15,487 bases of DNA, from the NCBI GenBank assembly GCA_050486505.1, contig JBJHDK010000015.1, positions 23,616 through 39,102 of the forward strand, read 5' to 3'. The notes under the pieces were generated by a model. That model did no database searches, was not told the origin of the DNA, and saw only the letters and a list, made by a program, of their open reading frames with translations. Every line of letters begins with the position of its first letter. Position 1 is the stretch's first letter. Positions 14,263-15,487 of the stretch are shown in pieces. This DNA comes from Fibrobacteria bacterium (GTDB lineage Bacteria; Fibrobacterota; Fibrobacteria; UBA11236). A program made the position numbers and the translations under genes.

Positions 14263-14841
14263 CTGAAGAAACTGGTCTTTTTCGGCGAGGGATTAGTGTG
14301 TCCCCCCGCAGGGTACGGGGAGCATGTCCTTGACCTTTTGGTGTTGCGTCATCCCGGTGCAGCGCTGAAAGCCTATCATCCTGGTGAGGAACGTCTCACT
14401 CTTGAGGCCGCCCTTGCGGGACTGGCTCCCGTCATCGGCAAGGCTCCGGACTTCCTGCACCTCGGGTTCGGTCACACGGATGTGCTTGTCGGCCGCTCAC
14501 CGGGGGAGGTTCTGCAGGGCTTCGAAGTCCTGCTGCAGACGCTTTTGATGAAAACGCAAGCGCGCATCACGCTTGCGAACCTGTGCGAGGCATTTCTTCC
14601 CGAAGCGATGCGTGTCGCTGCCCGGGAATGCAATGTCGCCTTGAAGGCCCTTGAGGGAGACCGCGTCCAAGTGCTGGACCTGAATCTGCCCGTGCTGCAA
14701 TTTCTCGACCGGCATCGCCGGGGCGGCGGTGAAAAGCGGTCGCTGCACGAAAATGCCTTGCGCCTCACCTCGTTGGGAAGGACGCTGCTGGCACGCACGG
14801 TCTTTGAACAGGCTGAAATCGCAGGAATGTTCCCTGATTAA
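14263..14841 (+). CDS. SGNH/GDSL hydrolase-fold protein with degenerate catalytic motifs
   Basis: The frame extends upstream of GTG 14296 to CTG 14263 after GGGGGA, giving KKLVFFGEGL (block I-like). PDFLHLGFGHTD is block III-like and ENALRLTSLGRTLLA is block V-like. The start codon is uncertain. Confidence 0.65.
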   Translation: MKKLVFFGEGLVCPPAGYGEHVLDLLVLRHPGAALKAYHPGEERLTLEAALAGLAPVIGKAPDFLHLGFGHTDVLVGRSPGEVLQGFEVLLQTLLMKTQARITLANLCEAFLPEAMRVAARECNVALKALEGDRVQVLDLNLPVLQFLDRHRRGGGEKRSLHENALRLTSLGRTLLARTVFEQAEIAGMFPD

Positions 14842-14939
14842 CGGGCTTCATGCCGCTTTGTCCCTTTTCCGGAAGGACGGCATGAAGTATTTTCGGGGGT
14901 CGCGCCGCCGCTTTGCGGCAAGCAATGGAGGAGTCGCAC

Positions 14940-15275
14940 ATGGCTGAAGAGCAGGATCATCACGACAGGTTTTTGCGCAAGAATCAGGCTCTCAGCCGGG
15001 CATACGAGATTTCGCGCAAGGACAATGTCAAGGGGAAGTCGACCACGACGGAGCGCGTGCCGGTGATGGCCACTTGCTACCGCTGCAAGCAGGAAAAACC
15101 GACCCTGAAATTCCACATCACGGAAACGGGGCGCCATGAGGGAGCGGTTTCGGTCTCCAACGAATACGTCCCCTTGTGCGATGATTGCGCGCCCAAACGC
15201 AAGAAGAACGAACTCGAACTGACGCCCAAGCAAATTTCATCGCTCTTGCGCGGGGCGCGCAAGGGGCGTTTGTAG
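14940..15275 (+). CDS. Small basic hypothetical protein with CxxC...CxxC (putative zinc ribbon), 111 aa
   Basis: Strong SD GGAGGAG before ATG 14940; TCYRCKQ and LCDDCAP; K/R-rich. Confidence 0.75.
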   Translation: MAEEQDHHDRFLRKNQALSRAYEISRKDNVKGKSTTTERVPVMATCYRCKQEKPTLKFHITETGRHEGAVSVSNEYVPLCDDCAPKRKKNELELTPKQISSLLRGARKGRL

Positions 15276-15313
15276 ACCTGTCTTTGCAGGGGAAAATGAT
15301 CGTTTGCCCCTGA

Positions 15314-15358
15314 GGCAAATGCGAAGGGCCTCCCGACGGGAGGCCCTTCGCATTTGCC
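15314..15358. terminator. Long hairpin between convergent genes (probable terminator or RNA stability element)
   Basis: Perfect 21-bp inverted repeat GGCAAATGCGAAGGGCCTCCC-GAC-GGGAGGCCCTTCGCATTTGCC with no long U tail. Confidence 0.65.
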
Positions 15359-15370
15359 ATCGCGTACGTT

Positions 15371-15487
15371 TCACACGTAGTTCTGCTGCAGCACGCTGAT
15401 CTCGGAAATGAATTCCTTGACTTCCTTGAATTTTCGATAAACCGACGCGAAGCGCACGTAGGCCACCTCGTCGACGTTGTGCAGGTG
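15371..15487 (-). CDS. nrdR: Transcriptional repressor NrdR, 3' end (partial)
   Basis: The reverse complement reads [51 protein letters not shown] is the NrdR C-terminal signature. This gene is not in the supplied ORF track. Confidence 0.92.
   Translation of the reverse strand, partial: HLHNVDEVAYVRFASVYRKFKEVKEFISEISVLQQNYV

Overview
GC-rich bacterial DNA, inferred to be FCB-group and possibly Fibrobacterota-like (FlgD-Ig/T9SS-like C-termini, Gln at +1 after signal peptides, a TAnnTTTG promoter). The first 11.2 kb is a head-to-tail array of at least five paralogous secreted proteins: signal peptide, DUF2341-like domain, LamG/ConA-like domain, He_PIG-type Ig plus two FN3, and a FlgD-Ig-like C-terminal domain. 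Each gene has its own intrinsic terminator, and copies 2-5 each have their own AT-rich upstream spacer. The lectin-like head is highly variable, the C-terminal domain is conserved, the closest relative changes domain by domain, and copy 5 lacks the stalk. The first ~115 nt do not match the family and resemble a P1/DmpA peptidase, so there may be a chimeric junction. The rest holds ugd, a stand-alone Smr protein, a DUF3810-like HExxH protein, tRNA-Ile2(CAT), a degenerate SGNH-like protein, a small CxxC...CxxC protein and the 3' end of nrdR. All family assignments come from motif recognition by eye, not database searches.
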